Notes under the pieces: model-generated | What the model saw: the letters and a program-made list of their open reading frames with translations, nothing else | What the model was told of the DNA's origin: nothing | Database searches by the model: none | Position numbers and translations under genes: made by a program | In this document: positions 61,687 to 64,000 of the stretch, piece after piece | Numbering within the stretch: the stretch's first letter is position 1 | Layout of the letters: every line of letters starts with the position of its first letter | Origin: Ascidiella aspersa | Taxonomy: Eukaryota | NCBI GenBank assembly: GCA_963924565.1 | Contig: OZ004607.1 | Location: forward strand, 12,276,001 to 12,340,000 | Length of the DNA stretch: 64,000 bases | Direction of reading: 5' to 3'

Positions 61687-62109
61687 ACATGATACAACAA
61701 CTTTAAAGTGCGACATCAGAAATCAATAAATTTTAGTTTAACACTATAAATTACAAAAACAAAAAATCAGCAATTATCATGAAAAAGGTATAAAAAACGA
61801 CAAAGAAAGATAGAAGGCAAAATCACGAAGTTTCTTCTACGAGGATCAAATAACACAATTGAAATGCAAGTAAATTGGAAGCTTTTTTCAACATGATACA
61901 ACAACTTGCGATATCAAAAATAAATAAATTTGCACTTAACGCAATGAACTACAAACACAAAAAATAAACACAATAAATCAGCAAACATCATGGGAAAAAG
62001 TTAAAACACTTGAAGAGAGAAAAGAAGGCAATAAATTCGGCGAAGGCGCAAAATTTACCACGAGAATCATGTAACACAACCTAACGTCAATTAAAGCCTG
62101 CAAGTAAAT
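61687..62109. repeat. Diverged tandem duplication (~190-220 bp x2)
   Basis: ACATGATACAACAACTT at 61687 and 61891; shared AATCAGCAA, AGAAGGCAA, TAACACAA, TGCAAGTAAAT. Confidence 0.85.
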
Positions 62110-62477
62110 AGGTGGCGTTTTTAGACATCGCTTGACAGGGTTAAGCGGTTGTCCGACAGAATTATACCGGGAGGAATTCAGCCCTGCGTAGATTTTTGTC
62201 TCGTATCGTACTTTGATGACCCCGGCTTGTTTCGCTTGGGATGCAGTGGCGGCTTGTGCATCGCAACTTTCACCTTAGATTGCGGTTCGACCTTTGGCGT
62301 AATAGTTGTTGCCGCTTTTACGCACTTCAACAGGTTTACGTGGTTCCGGTGGCCCGGGCTTCAAACCGGCGTTGTCGGCAACGCGCTCCTTCAAGGATCT
62401 GCGACGCACGGTTCTGCCGTGATTCCGTGCAACGATATCGGCTGCGGCGATTTTTTGCTGCACATCAGCTCTTTCGC

Positions 62478-63787
62478 TCAACGTAACGCCGACTGCTTCA
62501 GTGGATTTTGATGCATGGAAAAGACTGGCGCGTGCTGTAGAGGTTCTTTCACTCTTGAAGTGTTGCTGTTTAGCAACACTGGATCTCGGTAATGGTCATT
62601 CTTGCTACGTTGGCCTGTTCTAGTTAGAGTGCCATTTTGAAAAGCGTATTCATCCTCTTGGTTGTTGGGTCTCTGGGAAGATCCTCTGTTGGATGATTGC
62701 ATTTTTTGAGCAGCAGAAATGTTCCCGATTTGCTTTGGCGGCACAGGTTCCTTTTGAATTATTTCAACGGTTACTTTACATTGTTGAATTGGTGAAAGAA
62801 CATTTAAGTTGGCTTCTCGACTTTTTTTTGTTGTACCGCATAATATCTGCGCAGACTGTCGGTTGGCAATTCGCCTCATTCGCGCTGCTGAAAACTTGTT
62901 GCCTTGCTTGGGTGGTGTGGGCGCAACGATATACTTAGTGGATGATGATATTTGTTCTGTTTGAAGCGGTGAACGCGAGGTATGCTTGGTAGATTTCACC
63001 GTTTCTTTACAAATCTGCCCTCTATTTGTAGTGCGCGTTTTGTGCTGGGCAAAACCAAGTTTGCTTTGCCTAATTGAAGCAGATTCCTGGTGGTTTAAAA
63101 CGTTTGCAGAGGGAGATGTTGCGTATTTATTTTGCGTAGTTCCATTTGTGTTTTCTTTCAACAAAGATTGACGCTTTAAAATTCGTCTTTTCCGAGCTGC
63201 AGACATTTCCCTGTCTTGCGTTGGTGGTCTGGGTTCTTTGTATTGCTTAACGACACTCGCTGCTGAATATTTCTCGCTTTGAACTTTAGCTGGATTAACT
63301 TCTGTGATTTCCTGTTTTTTGCATAAGTTGAGTTCAGATTGGCGCTTGAGAATTCGTCTTTTGCGTGCTGCAGATAAATTCCCTTCGTGACTTGGTGGGA
63401 CAGGGGCCATCATCGGACCACAAATAGTTGTTTGCCGACGCGCACTTTGAATTCTCTTGAACTTTTTCGCAACACACGATTCATTACTTGTTTTTAACGT
63501 GGCCGTTGGAGGCTTATAGCTGAAGAGAGTGTTGTCCTTAGAGAGGCAGGTTTTAATTTTGTGAGGTGTTTGAGTCTGACAAGGCTTGGAGTTAAGCTTA
63601 ACAAGCTGGTCAACAGTTTGCGGTTTTAAAGCAGCGTTGTTTGCTTTCTTCGATGCAGTGTCTTTTGATGACAGTGGTTTGACATTTGGGATGGTGGAGC
63701 TTTCCTTGACTTTCTCAGGAGAAACTTGGATGGTTTTCAAACACTTCGGCGCTAATCTTTTCTTTATAACCACCAGTGGATTTATAT
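62478..63787 (-). CDS. Large coding exon of an uncharacterised basic, K/S/T/Q/P-rich repeat protein nested antisense in an ADAMTS intron; 5' exon(s) probably outside the window
   Basis: More than 430 open codons in an AT-rich genome; minus-strand acceptor ttttattcacag| at 63788-63790, phase 1; four internal PxPP-x4/5-SAAR(K)RRI(L)KRQS-like repeats; AT-rich 3'UTR-like sequence further downstream. Confidence 0.75.
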
Positions 63788-64000
63788 CTGTGAATAAAAT
63801 TTGCCAATTTTAGCAGAGTAACGACAAATCCAGATATTTGTGACATTCCGATTGGCACTAAATGAAAACTGCTAGCGAATATTTTTTTCGTAAACGGACA
63901 ATATTTAGTTAAATATTTCAGGAATTTGTGCACCAAATGATTGACAGCTGTTTCACTGAATTAAGATACATCAAGCTGCTGGCACAGCAGGACATATAAA

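Noticed and set aside
62121-62480. Four successive in-frame TGA codons after the nested ORF (selenocysteine/readthrough idea)
   Set aside because: Four stops in ~119 codons is about what a non-coding frame gives, no SECIS was recognised, and another frame is more open.
62149-62511. 120-aa + strand ORF
   Set aside because: Exact antisense register of the minus-strand coding-like frame; no ADAMTS spacer similarity.
1-64000. Prokaryotic systems (CRISPR arrays, operons, defence islands) and the remaining short ORFs in the track
   Set aside because: The sequence is spliced eukaryotic DNA; no regularly spaced repeat-spacer array is present, and the short ORFs are exon shadows or chance frames.

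Overview
Eukaryotic, intron-rich, AT-rich animal genomic DNA. A tunicate/ascidian is likely, inferred from the compact introns, vertebrate-like paralog affinities and abundant TGACGTCA motifs. Most ORFs in the six-frame track are spurious; the real genes are spliced. (1) 1-24154 (+): the 3' half of a kinesin-3 KIF1A/KIF1B (unc-104) gene, which I reconstructed by hand through GT-AG exons with continuous phase to the PH domain and stop codon. It carries a candidate KIF1B-alpha/KIF1C-like alternative terminal exon, a 333/342-nt cassette exon behind a ~537-nt AG-free zone, and a 24-nt microexon. (2) 28677 to beyond 60890 (+): an ADAMTS7/12-like metalloprotease (signal peptide, prodomain, catalytic, disintegrin-like, TSR1, Cys-rich, start of spacer) that runs out of the window; its zinc motif reads HELGHNFAMHHD. 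(3) 62478-63787 (-): a large exon of an unrecognised basic protein with a repeated PxPP...SAARKRRILKRQS motif, nested antisense in an ADAMTS intron. The introns hold several non-autonomous hAT elements (three with perfect 8-bp TSDs), a tRNA-derived SINE head, a Penelope-like inverted-repeat remnant with a minimal hammerhead ribozyme, and two tandem duplications that copy splice sites. Comparisons with vertebrate proteins are from memory and were not database-checked.
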